Origin: Leucoraja ocellata
Taxonomy: Eukaryota
Direction: 5' to 3'
DNA: 64,000 bases
NCBI GenBank assembly: GCA_036785375.1
Contig: JAWMAR010000136.1
Location: 372,001 to 436,000, forward strand
In this document: in pieces, positions 11,201 through 24,200 of the stretch
Numbering within the stretch: the first letter of the stretch is position 1
How the letters are laid out: every line of letters begins with the position of its first letter
The notes under the pieces: model-generated
Told to the model about the DNA's origin: nothing
Database searches by the model: none
The model's input: the letters and a program-made list of their open reading frames with translations, nothing else
Translations under genes and position numbers: made by a program

Positions 11201-14200
11201 AACGTCTATTGCCCCTGAGTGTTTCTGTTTCCCCCCACACCTCAAAAAATGTGTGGGCAGGTAGGTTAATTGGCCACTATAGATAGCACCTAGTGTTCAG
11301 ATGAGAGGTGGATTGTGGAAGAGTTAGAGTCATGGAGTTATACAGCATAGAAACAGGCCCTTTGGTTGAACTTGTCCATGCCAGCCAAGTTGTCTTCCTG
11401 AGTTGATCCCGTTTGCCTACATGCGGCCTATATCCTTCTGAGCCTTTATCATCCATGTACCTGTAAGAATGTCATTCAAACATTGTATTTCTTCCCATCT
11501 CTACAGCTTTCTCTAGCAACTGGTTTCATATACCCAATATCCTCTGTGTGATGTATTTGCCCCCAGGTCCCTTTTGAATCCTTGTGAATCTGTTCAGTAC
11601 CCTTTCTCAATTAATGGGACATCTTGGTTGCATTGGGCAAGATGGGCCAAAGGGCCTGATTCCATGCGGTGCGACTATAACTCTAGGAAACAGGCATTTG
11701 GTCTGATGGAAAGGCCCTGTCAATAGTTCCATCAATAGGCCACCTTTGGTAGTGAAACAAAGAGCATTTCTTAGATGGAGGAAGCACACTACAATAGCCA
11801 AGGTTATGCTGCATTAGGGAACCAACATACTGTACAACTGTGCCAACATTTACCAAAGGCATTCACAAACCAGGAAATGTTATGACATTACTTTGCTACT
11901 CAAAGGACTGAATATTTTAGCTGCCACAAAGAGCTTCCTAGATAAATATATTTCCTTAAGTGTCAAAGAAAATCATAGGACCACATCGTAAAACAAGGGA
12001 TGATCTTTGTGGATTTAACCTCATTATCGGAACTGTGTGGTGCTAGTTTTTGATTAGTAGAAGCTTTACTGATTCAGCTACCTCTTGCTTACCTATCTTT
12101 CATTATGACATATCCAGGTGGGATGTAAGGTTCCCCCAAACTGCGCCATTTTGGTTTCCACTTCTGCATGGGATTTAATGAAGACTGGTCAGGCTTCAAC
12201 ATCAGGGCTGCCACTGTGAACATTGCAGTCATCACAGCCAGGACACTAAGAGTTCCTGAAGCAAACACCAGGAAACATATATTAACATTCCTGTATCTCA
12301 ATTATATAAATCAACTATAAATATAAAGATTTAAGGACTGAAACGAAAAATGCAAGTTATCATAAAGCATTGATCAAACTCAATAATATGTATATGATGG
12401 TACACAAAAAAGCTGGAGAAACTCAGCGGGTGCAGCAGCATCTATGGAGCGAAGGAAATAGGCAACGTTTTGGGCCGAAACCCTTCTTCAGTCTGCACCC
12501 GCTGAGTTTCTCCAGCTTTTTTGTGTACCTTCGATTCTCCAGCATCTGCAGTTCCTTCTTAAACAATATGTATATGATTATTATATCATGTAAAAATATT
12601 GCATGCTAAATGAATATTCCATGTGCAACATCGTCTTTTTAAGGCATAAAGGTCATTTGTGAAAAATAGTTTAATATTAACAGTGGCACAGTTGTAGAGT
12701 TGCTGCCTTACAGCACCAGAGTCCCAGGTTTGATCCTGACTACGGGTGCTGCTTGTACGGAGTTTGTACATTCTCCCTGTGACCCGCGTGGGTTTTCTCC
12801 GAGATCTTTGGTTTTTCCCACACTCCAAAGACGTACAGATATTTAGGTTAATTGGCTTGGTGCATGTGCAAAATTTGTCCCAAGTGTGTGTAAGGTAGTG
12901 TTCTCTAGTTTTCATAAAACATAGGATTCATGTGTAAAAATTGAAATTCTTGCTTTCCAATAGAAACTACTGCAAGGGACTTTATCTAGGTTCCTTCCAG
13001 GTACAGTCGAGAGATTTGCATGCATGACAAGGATTTTTACACATCCTAGCAAACTGATCTCCTGTTGCTTGTTTGGTTGTGATATTTAACTCACTGCTGT
13101 GTCTAGCCTTTAAGGTCACGCACTCCCCATGGTGATCTACATAATTGCTACAGTTTGTAAATTTCTCAGGTTCACTCCAAGATTAATTGTGCTGGACTGA
13201 ATCCAGTCATTTACTAGCATGGTTCGTTATGTAGGTGAGCAATCAAGGGACTGATTGTACGTGTGTGAGAGATGCGTATTGAAATAAGTAAATATCAAGT
13301 AAATCTCAATTCTATCATTGGCGAGAAGGCTTTAAAGTTTCTTGCTTATAATTTAACTCCATTGCTGGACTGTTATCTCGATCACTGGAACTCATTCTCT
13401 CTCACCACTTATAGATGTGATTTTTGTTGCTGTAAGTAGGATTATAATTGTGGTGGAATGATCCGAGTAAATGTATCAACATGTTGGCTCATGGTGTTCT
13501 GGGGATTGTCAAGTCTTTTCAGAATGGCCACAATTTCTTAAATTAATAAAAATCCCGAATTGAGTTGAATGGGTGGTGAATCTGTGGAATACTTTGCCAC
13601 AGAAGGCTTTGGAGGCCATCAATGGGAATTTTTAAGTCAGAAATCGATAGATTCTTGTGTAGGAAGGGATTGCAGGTGATGATTTAAACCGAAGATAGAC
13701 ACCAAAAGCTGGAGTAACTCAGCGGGACAAGCAGCATCTCTGGACTCAGACAGCTTAAAGCAGGTTGTCTATGTTAAATCTTGACCTAGGGAACTGACTG
13801 GGGTTTCAGACTACATTTTGAAACTCTATCAGTTACCTCATATTTTATGGATTACTTCGAAGAGGAATTATTTTTTACATTACAAAATTAGAATAGGACA
13901 TAAAATGCTGGAGTAACTCAACAGGTCAGGCAGCATCGCTGAAGAACATGGATAGGTGGCATTTCCAGTCAGGGCTCTTCTTCAGACTCTCCTCGAATTA
14001 GGATTAGAATTCTGAAGAAGTTGAAAGGAGCTGAAACGTTGCCTATCCATGTTCTCTGGAAATATTGCCTGACCCGCTAAGTTACTGCAGCACCTTTTAT
14101 CCTTCTTTGTAAACCAGCACCGACAGTTCCTTGTCTCTACTCTAAAGCTAGAACAATGTTTACCTGTAATGAAGACCCAGTCTGGAGTCAGGTTGAGATT

Positions 14201-17200
14201 TTGTCGTTTTAGAATTCCATGTCTCAACAGTTGGAAGGGAGAGGATGGCTGGACAGATAAAGCAGCGTCACATTCTGCATTAAACCTGCTGACACTTACA
14301 ATCAGTGTGCGCTCAGCTTCTGCATTATCATGAAAGACGAACTTCCCAGGTTCCATGAAAGCATGTGCAAATCTAGTATAAAGGAAAATAGTGTTATTCC
14401 AGCTATATTTATGATAATGTTTCAGATGCAGGGGTCAGCCTTTCAGCCACTTCTGCCTGCACTCCCTGTCAGGCAGGGTATGACTGACACATTAACAGCT
14501 CTAATTACATGAACCAACCACAAGTTCTTAGATTCCATCAACATTTTTTTTACATTTCATATACATTACAACTGAGACTCCAGAGTCTTCATAGATAGAG
14601 AATTCCAACAATCCACTACCCCTCCTCCTCCCCTGTGAAAAAAATATTTTTGGATGGCCAAACACCTACATGGAGACTACGACTGGACATCCAGCAACCA
14701 GCCAAGTAAAACACCATTCTTGTGTCGATTCTGTTAAGCCCTATAAAAATTTTCAACGACATCTCATTGGCTCAATTCACCTTTATCGTAAAACCCATCT
14801 CAGCAATCAATCTGATGAAGCCACAGGACAGTCCCACTGTTGCAAGTGTACCCTTCCTTAGGAAGGGAGCCCCGACCTGCATACCATATTTCAAGTGCAA
14901 TCATACTGGGGCTTGATATAATGGTGGTAAAATATCTATGAAGTGCTACATTTTATTACACAAAGTCCAAGTGAGTTAGTGATGGTGTATGATGTCAAAT
15001 TTACTGCTGAGCAAATTCTCTGGCACTGTAAAAAATTACTGAAGTGACTTATAATTCCAATAAATATTTCAGAACAATGGATTTTAAAATAAAAATAACT
15101 TAAATTTATAATATCTTGGCTTCTAAGTTAATCTTGTACATTCCATTGTTAGTCAGTGTTCTATGAAATATGATTAGAACTCTGGTTTGCTGTTAACGAC
15201 AAAGTTGTAATGTGATTCTCAGTTAATTTAGCATGATGTCTTCATGGTTGCTGGATACCAAGAATTCTTTGAAAGAAATAATATTAAAGTGGTGCAGCGG
15301 TAGAGTTGCAGTGTCAGAGACGTGGGTTCGATCCCGACTACGGGTGCTGTCTGTATGGAGTATGTACATTCTCTCTGTAACTGCATGGGTTTTCTCCAAG
15401 ATCTTTGTTTTCTTCTCATACTCCAATGATTCAAAGGTTTGTAGGTTAATTGGCTTGGGTTTGTATACTTCGTATAAGTGTAAATTGTCCTTAGTATGTG
15501 CCGGTTAGCGTTAATATGTTGGGATCACTGGTCAGCGTGGACTCGGTGGACCAAAGGGCCTGTTTCCGTGCTGTATCTATACAACTAAACTAAAAAAAGG
15601 GGAGACCATGCGGGAGAGATTGGAGTGGGAATAAGAGAAACAAGGGGAGAGAGAGTGGATGGTTTGAGTGATAGTGAAGAGTGGGTGTGAGTGATAGTGA
15701 GAAAGCGGAAGGCTAAGGATGAGAGTGATGTGAGTGAAAGCACAAATGTGCACCCATGCCAGAGAATGCATTTGAATGTCCGTTAGTTTTAGAAGATAAT
15801 TATCATAACCAGGATACTCCCTGCTGTGGCATCAGGTCTATAATTGTGCTACTTCACCAGAGTTTAGAGCTTAAAAATAGTCAGAATGGAAACTATTTTC
15901 TGACAGGCAGTAAATAAAACACTTTATTGTACAATTATCAATCAAGGCCAAACACACAAGGTTACAGATATGGAATATGGTCACCTGGTGATGTTGACAT
16001 TAGTTTCCCTGATAAAATAATCCAACTTCCTGAAGGATCCAAAATCCCACTCTGAATTTGTGTTGAACAGGTGGTCTTTTTGGTAAACAGGGTAGTGACC
16101 CAAACTTCGATCTGACAAAGAGAATTAAAGAAAGACTGCTTATTATGAAAGATATGGCCAGTCCAAAGTAATTAACTGAATGTAAATAGGACCTCAATAT
16201 CATATCAATGAAAAGCCAAAGTATGTCTCTATTTGTTGTTTGCTCTGGTCCGCCAACCTGCACTTCAACCAGGAATACATAATGTGTGTGCTGCTAGGAG
16301 ACCTATTCATGCAATATTGTTGCATATTTTATATTTCTTTAAAATCTTCTTACAATATAGATCGCTCATTTGGTCCATTGAGTCTATGCCACTTTCAGAA
16401 CATTCTAATCAATTCCCCATCTATTTTCTGTGACCCTGTTCTCTCCCAATGCCGGTCAATACTCTCTCCCTCACCAATTTATCTGCCACTCTCCTATGTA
16501 AACGGGCAAACTCCCATAGCCAATTAATCGACCAGCACATCTTCGAAGTGTAGGTGGAAACACATCCAGTCATTTGGGGAACATGCAAACTGCACATTGA
16601 CTGATAGTGCTCAAGGTCAGGATTGAACCTGGCTTGCTGCATCCCTGGAGAAACTACCCATGTACTCCAGAGATGCTGCCTGATCTGCTCAGTTACTCCA
16701 ACACTTTGTGTCCTTTTGTGTATTAACGAACATGTGCAGTTCCTTGTTTCAACATCGATACTCACTGCTTTGGTGGATGTTGAGCTTGAAGAGGATCAAG
16801 TCATTTGGTTTTAGGCAGACAATGGGGTTTGGAATTTTGTGAACTCCTCCGTGCAAGTGGGTGAGAGCGGTCCTTTGCACGTGTCCTCGTGTTTTTGGCC
16901 GATGCCGTAGATGTCCAACTATTTCAGGCTGCTCCATCTCTGCACAGGTAAAGATGAAAGACAATATTTAAGAATGGATTGTAATCGCACTGATGAAATA
17001 CACTTAAAGGATTATTTGTTGATCAAATTAGGTTTTAAACTAGGCTTTGAATACATAACAAATAAACAACGTTCAGGCTGCCTTCAACACTTACTAATGA
17101 GGTACTGAGGTACACCAGGGCTGCCAACTCTCACGCTTTGAGCATGACACTCACGCATTTCAGCCAATTCTCACGCCCTCACGCTGAAGACAGAATTCTC

Positions 17201-18161
17201 ACGCTGACAGGCTGTCTTCAGTCCCTGCACAGCAAAGATCCTATAGCGGAGCGGAGCTATAGGATCTTTGCTGCACAGTTTGTCTCTTTGCGCCACATGA
17301 CAGCGATCTACACGGATTGGGGAAGCGCGTCGGTCCCGGGCAGCGGGTGTCAGCGCTTTTTTGCGCCACCTGCGAACGCTGCTCTTCCAGCTGCCACGGC
17401 AACCTCGCTCCCTCCCTCCCTCCCTCCTGCCCTTCAACTCACACGGCAGCGCCAGCGCTGCCAATCCACGCTACACCGTGCCCGCCAGACTCCCCATTGG
17501 GCAGCTGGGGAAAGAGAGGGAGGGGAGAAAGAGAGAGAGAGAGAAAGAAAAAAAGGAAGGGATGGAGGCAAAGAGAGACTGGGGGAGAGAATGTGGTAAA
17601 GGATTGAAGGAAGGGAAGGAGAAAGGGGAGAAAGAGGAAGCGTGAGGAAAGAGGGAGGGGGAGGAAAGAGGGAGCGAGGGGGAGGATGGAGGGGGGAAGG
17701 AAAGGTGTGTGTGTGNNNNNNNNNNNNNNNNNNNNNNNNNNNNNNNNNNNNNNNNNNNNNNNNNNNNNNNNNNNNNNNNNNNNNNNNNNNNNNNNNNNNN
17801 NNNNNNNNNNNNNNNNNNNNNNNNNNNNNNNNNNNNNNNNNNNNNNNNNNNNNNNNNNNNNNNNNNNNNNNNNNNNNNNNNNNNNNNNCTCCCCGTGTGT
17901 GTTTGTCCGTCTCCCTGTGTGTCTGTCTCCCTGTGTGTGTGTGTGTGTGTATCTGTCTCCCTGTGTATGTGTGCCTCCNNNNNNNNNNNNNNNNNNNNNN
18001 NNNNNNNNNNNNNNNNNNNNNNNNNNNNNNNNNNNNNNNNNNNNNNNNNNNNNNNNNNNNNNNNNNNNNNNNNNNNNNNNNNNNNNNNNNNNNNNNNNNN
18101 NNNNNNNNNNNNNNNNNNNNNNNNNNNNNNNNNNNNNNNNNNNNGTGTGTGTATCTGTCTC

Positions 18162-18213
<52 letters not shown>

Positions 18214-21200
18214 TTCCTTTGTGCATGTGTCTCCCTGTGCATCTGTTGTCACATCCTGGCCTTAGACAGGGCTGCCAACTCTCATGGCTTGAGCGTGAGA
18301 GTCACGCATTTCTGCCATTTCTCACGCTGACAGAATTCTCACGCTGTCTTCAGTCCCTGCACAGTTTGTCTTTTTGCGCCATATCACAACGATCTGTGCG
18401 GTCTGGGGAAGCGCGTCAGTTGGCGGCTGTGAGTGACGTCGCATCTCTTCTCTTCTCTTCTTTCTTGGTTGGATGTGCAGCCGCTGACAACATGAAGCAG
18501 CCGGAGATAAAACTAACCAGGTGGATCGGTTGTAAAACATGGGGAGGACCACAATGAGGCCAAACATCTAGGACAGGGTTCGGCAACCTACTGCACACGG
18601 GCTGAATCCGGCCCGTAACCCAAAAAACCACGTTTGTTTTCAATTCGTTTTCGCAGGGTCGGGGCAGGCGAGCCGACCTGAGAACTGCAGCCAGTCCCTG
18701 GGACGCGAGCTGATCTGGGAACGGCAGCCAGTCCCTGGGCACGCAGAATGCCAACTTGATCATTATGGACAAAATGGGCCAGCCACGTACATGTTGTATA
18801 ACTCTGACTATGAAGATCTGAATGGGCTTAGAATGACCATTTAAGCAAAATTGCCCCCACTTTCCACATTTTAATTCTTGAGATTTACATCCCTTTGCTC
18901 TGTTAACAGCGTTAAAGTACTTATGAGGAAAGGGAACATGTTATTTTTTTTTTTTTAAGTTTGCTTTAATTTGTTAGTTGATTGTTTGTTGAGTGCCATC
19001 ATTTCTGAAATGGTCTTAAAGTAACTTAACTGTTATAAAGCAGTAATAAGTGATTTTTGTCCTTACAATTGGAACTTGCATAAAATGGTTGCATTATTAG
19101 CAGGACTACCAACTCACACGCATTGAGCGTGAGACTCACGCATTTCACAAAATTCTCATGCTCTCACGCTGATCACAAAATTTCTCACGCTCAAATATCT
19201 GCGGGTGCTGAAAGTTCAAAATAAAGCAAAAATTGTTTTAGAGGCGAGTAAAAACCATGAGGGGAATATCAGGTGAATGCATAGTCTTTTTCCCAGGATA
19301 TGTGATTCAAGCACTAGAGGGGATTGGTTTAAAGCAGGGCTATCAGCACCAACCTCCCTCCCCCTTGCCCCCTAAGGCACGGCACACACCTCCCACCCTC
19401 ACCTCCGGCGGCTCTATGTCTGTCGACTGCTCTGTCCATACCCCATGGAGTTTTAACCCCGGCCCGGAGCCAGGAGCGGACCGGGTGAGTGCCGCCTCCG
19501 GAGCCTACTATGGGAGGGGGAACACTCCCCCCCCACACCCCCCCCCCCCCCCCTCGGTCGCTACGCTCCCTTGCAATTTCTCACTCTCAACTCTCACCCA
19601 ATGTTGGCAGCCCTGGGTACACATCAAATGCACACTTGTTAATTCATACCCAGAAGTCTGTTCTTAGAGTGGCAAGGCTGGCTAAAAGGTAAAACACTGT
19701 ACATCAGTAGGGCCTTGTGTGCAGAACTGTAGAACAGGCTCTTGCCTAAATCAGCTATAAAAACCAGAAAAGCCACACGCCCAGTTGTCCAGTTACCAGG
19801 GATGATGTCTTGAATGCTTCTCCAAGTCACTCACATGCTGGAACATTCAAATATGATTAAAGATCATAAAGTACAACAAATTTATGGTCCATTGTAAGAA
19901 GATAAGCAGAACCAAAAAAATGATCAGTGGAACTTTGTAGTAAACTTGAGACTTCTGGAATTGTGCAGAACTTCTCACATTTCGCAGCAAGCTGTCACCC
20001 ACTAATAGGCAGGCTGTTAACATTAAATCAAATCTTTTTTGCATTGCAGAATAAACCAAAATAATCCTAATTTTAGCCATAATTGGACCATTCATTTAAA
20101 TTAAATTAAATGCAAACCTGTCTGACAGGGAGATTGCAATAAAGCAAAGGATTATCATGCAGTTAATGCACCAGACCAGCTTCACCCAATGTTGTCTGAT
20201 TATATTTAATAAGGTTCTCCAATGTTTAATTCATCAAACTGGACAATTGAAAGCTTTAAGAAAGGTCATAATTCATTATTGGCTGGAATGATACATTACA
20301 ATGTAATCTCCCATGAGTTGCATTGAACTGAGTGCAAGCTTATGAATAATGATCATTACAGTAGATATGACAAAGGCATTTAGGTGGCTTTTGGATCTGC
20401 AAGTGGATATAGATGGAATGCAGAGAGATGGGTCATGTGCAGGCAGAAGAGAGTAGTTCAGCATAGACATTGTGGGATAAAGTCTGTTTCTGGGCTGCAC
20501 TGTTTTATGTTCTATATCAGCTTTCTCCTCTTTGGCTATTTTCCTGGGTCTGATTCTTTTGCTCAGGTTCTCGAAATAACGTGACCAATCATGACAGTAA
20601 CCCTTTTATTTCACTATAGACTGATCAGATGAGTTGTTCTGATGGGAAAACATTTTGTCCTTGAGTCATTTCACTTGAAAACCCAGCTTCTCCTCTGTAC
20701 TAGTGGTGTCTTTCATTTATTTTAAAAACACATTTTCTTTACTCAAAGCCTAAGTGATTATGAAGATAATTAAAATGTATTAATAGATCAATTGGGATTG
20801 CTCAATGTTGGAGAGATAACATGTAAAATCCAATGGACAACTACCTTCACCTAGTGTTTATGGCCTGTAACTGCAGACACCTAATACACAGACATCTGGT
20901 GATAGAACTATTTGCACAAACGGTTTCATTGTAATAATATTGACAGAGTTATCATGGTCATAGGGAGTACATTTTATGAATATATATATCCACATTTTAA
21001 TGTAACTGTAGCAGCGTACTCTGGTGCTTGAAAAGATGCTTAAAAAGATCTGTAAAACAAGTGAATTACTTAAATTGTGCAAAGATGTTTCATTTTGTCA
21101 GGCAGTGACATTTAAAAGATTTCCCCGTTACACTATAGACAAACTGTAATAGTTGGTTTGGAATAATTGTTACGAAATTCTTGCTGAAGCCACAGTAAGT

Positions 21201-24200
21201 TATTTTTGTATGTTCTCTGTATCTCTGATGCATTCAACCATTATCAGTCACATTCCAGTCAGTTACTGACCTGCGAGGAACTCCTCAACTGCATTCTTTC
21301 CTGACAAAATCCAACCAAAAATTCCAGCAGGCTCAAAGTGGATGAACTGGACTCTCACATTGTCTTCAAGTTTACTGTGTTCATCTGGCCCAAGCACATC
21401 CGCCACAACCTGAGAACATAAAACACATCAAGAACGCTTGCCAAGGCAAAAAGTCACTAGATTAAATGTGTACCATTTTTAGTTTAATCTCTCTTTTTAT
21501 TTTAACTTTCGTTAACCAGGAAATCTGCAGTTGATTAAATTATCATGTTCATTCACTTGACTGCTCAGTAGAAATCTATTTCTAGTCGGGTGCAATAATC
21601 GCAAAATGCACCCTGGAAAGAAAGATCTAATCTCCTGTCAAATATTACTAGATAATTGCTATTACCTTCTGGGATCCTGTCTGGTACCCATGTACAATTC
21701 TATAAAAATAGAGCAATAACTCAGAAGGCACCAGTTAGTTTATACATGCTTTGTAAAGATGAAGTCTTACTAACGGCAGAGTGCAAGGGCCTGGAAGAAT
21801 TGATGCTAGAGGGAGCAGTAAGATGATATTTTTATTGTCTCACCCACTCTTTCTGGTCCTTGGCCATTCCATTTTGAACGGTTAAAACAAGTTTTCCATT
21901 TGTTTGGGTACCTGCAGAAATATTCAGCGTTCTAGCCACACAAACTCTGTCACAGAGCTCCTCAGCAGAGATGTAATTATTACAATGACATCTGGAAGGT
22001 AAGAGAAAGATTGTGCATTAAAATTTCAGATGGAATATAAATCCATGACTTAAGCTTTGACAACAAAAAGTACATAAATTAATAGTACTGTGTTCAGTTT
22101 TCTTTTCTTTACTTTACCTCCTTTCTTCGAAAAGTATGCAAGAACGTAATGGATGAGATCTTATGACAGCTAAATACTCTCCTGTGCTTTATCCAAAGTT
22201 CATGCTCAAAGCTCCACCTTTGATCAGAAAGGTGATTGGATGGTTTGTCTACCTCAAACTGATTTTCCCCATTCTGCAGTGCAACACAACCAGAACCAAA
22301 CACAGTTCAATTATTTCCATGGCAAAGATCAGCCAACTTAAGGTTCTTGACCTGAAACATCACCCGTTTAATCCATCTATAAATGATGCCTGATCACCTC
22401 CAGCACTTTTTGGTTTGCAGTCTAAATAGCTGTTTCATTCACTGAATAATTGGAGTCACTGATGTCTCTTTTAGTCACCATTGCAATAATCCATCCAGAA
22501 CTATTGTACTGTCTTCAGATGCTTTAAATTATTCTATGATCATTACTCTCATAACACTTACCATTCCACCAAAGGGAACAAATGGCTTGTCAGTTGTTCA
22601 TTCTAAACATGAGAATGAATGCGTTTTGTTAGCCAAAGGTACTTGGGAACGGGGCAAATGCAAGTCTTTGTAGTTAAGATGTAAAAACCAGGATTCTCAT
22701 TGAACAATTCAGAGAGCTGTGGTTCTTTCTAAATACATAAGTAATAACCATATAACAATTACAGCACGGAAACAGGCCATCTTGGCCCCACAAGTCCGTG
22801 CCGAACATTTATTTCCCCCTAGTTCCATCTACCTACACTCAGACCATAACCCTCCATTCTTTTCCCACCCAAATACCTATCCAATTTATTTTTAAATGAT
22901 AAAATCAAACCTACCTCCACCACTTCCACTGGAAGCTCATTCCACACAGCTACCACCCTCATGTTACCCCTAAACATCTGTCCCTTAATTCTGAAGTCAT
23001 ATCCTCTTGTTTGAATCTTCCCTCCTCTCAATGGGAAAAACTTATCCACGTCAACTCTGTCTATCCCTCTCATCATTTTAAAGACCTCTATCAAGTCCCC
23101 CCTTAACCTTCTGCGCTCCAAAGAATAAAGACCTACCTTATTCAACCTTTCTCTGTAACTTAGTTGCTGAAACCCAGGCAACATTCTAATAAACATCCTC
23201 TGAACTCTCTCTATTTTGTTGACATCCTTCCTATAATTGGACGACCAAAATTGTACACCATGCTCCAGAATTGGTCTCACCAATGCCTTGTACAATTATA
23301 ACATTACAACCCAACTTCTATACTCAATGCTCTGATTTATAAAGGCTAGCACATCAAAAGCTTTCTTTACCACCCTATCTACATGAGATTCCACCATCAG
23401 GGAACTATTCACAGTTATTCCTAGATCCCTCTGTTCAACTGCATTCCTCAATTCGCTACCATTTACCATGTACGTCCTATTTTGAGTTGTCCTGCCAAGA
23501 TGTAGCACCTCACACTTATCAGCATTAAACGCCATCTGCCATCTTTCAGCCCATTCTTCCAAATGGCCTAAATCTCTCTGTAGACTTTGGAAATCTACTT
23601 AATTATCCACAACACCACGTATCTTAGTATCGTCTGCATACTTATTAATCCAATTTACCACACCATCATTCAGAGCATTGATGTACATGACAAACAACAG
23701 TGGACCCTACACAGATCCCTGAGGCACCCCACTAGTCACCGGCCTCCAGCCTGACAAACAACCATCCACCATTACTCTCTGGCATCTCCCATTCAGCCAC
23801 TGTTGAATCCATCTTGCTACTCCTGCATTAATACCTAACAATTGAACCTTCTTAACCAACCTTCCATAAGGAAACTTGTCAGAGGCCTTACTAAAGTCCA
23901 TATAGGCAACATCCACTGCTTTACCCTCATGAATTTCCCTAGTGACCGCTTCAAAAAATTCAAGAAGATTAGTCAAATATGACCTTCCAGGCACAAATCC
24001 ATTTTGACTGTTCCTAATCAGACCCTGTTTATCCAGATGCTTATATATATTATCTCTAGGTATCCTTTCCATTAATTTGGCCACCACTGGTCAAACTAAC
24101 AGGTCTAGGTTTACTCTTAGACCCCTTTTTAAACAATGGAACAGCATGCCCCCCATCCTCTGGCACTATTCCCGTTTCTAATGACATTTGAAATATTTCT

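Larger units (their letters stand above)
17116..19615. mobile_element. Composite non-autonomous DNA transposon, 13-bp TIR, 7-bp TSD
   Basis: TIR cagggctgccaac (17116) / gttggcagccctg (19603-19615); ggtacac at 17109-17115 and 19616-19622; extra left-end copies at 18267 and 19101. Confidence 0.75.

Noticed and set aside
12683-12750. tRNA-like A/B boxes at SINE heads
   Set aside because: They are SINE 5' regions continuing into the V-domain, not tRNA genes.
16880-16910. Basic stretch RHRPKTR as a furin site
   Set aside because: Does not fit R-X-[KR]-R or R-X-X-R.
17434-18557. Long ORFs of 207-282 aa in several frames
   Set aside because: Artefacts of (TG)n and GA-rich repeats and N gaps; they translate to HT/CV dipeptides and X runs.
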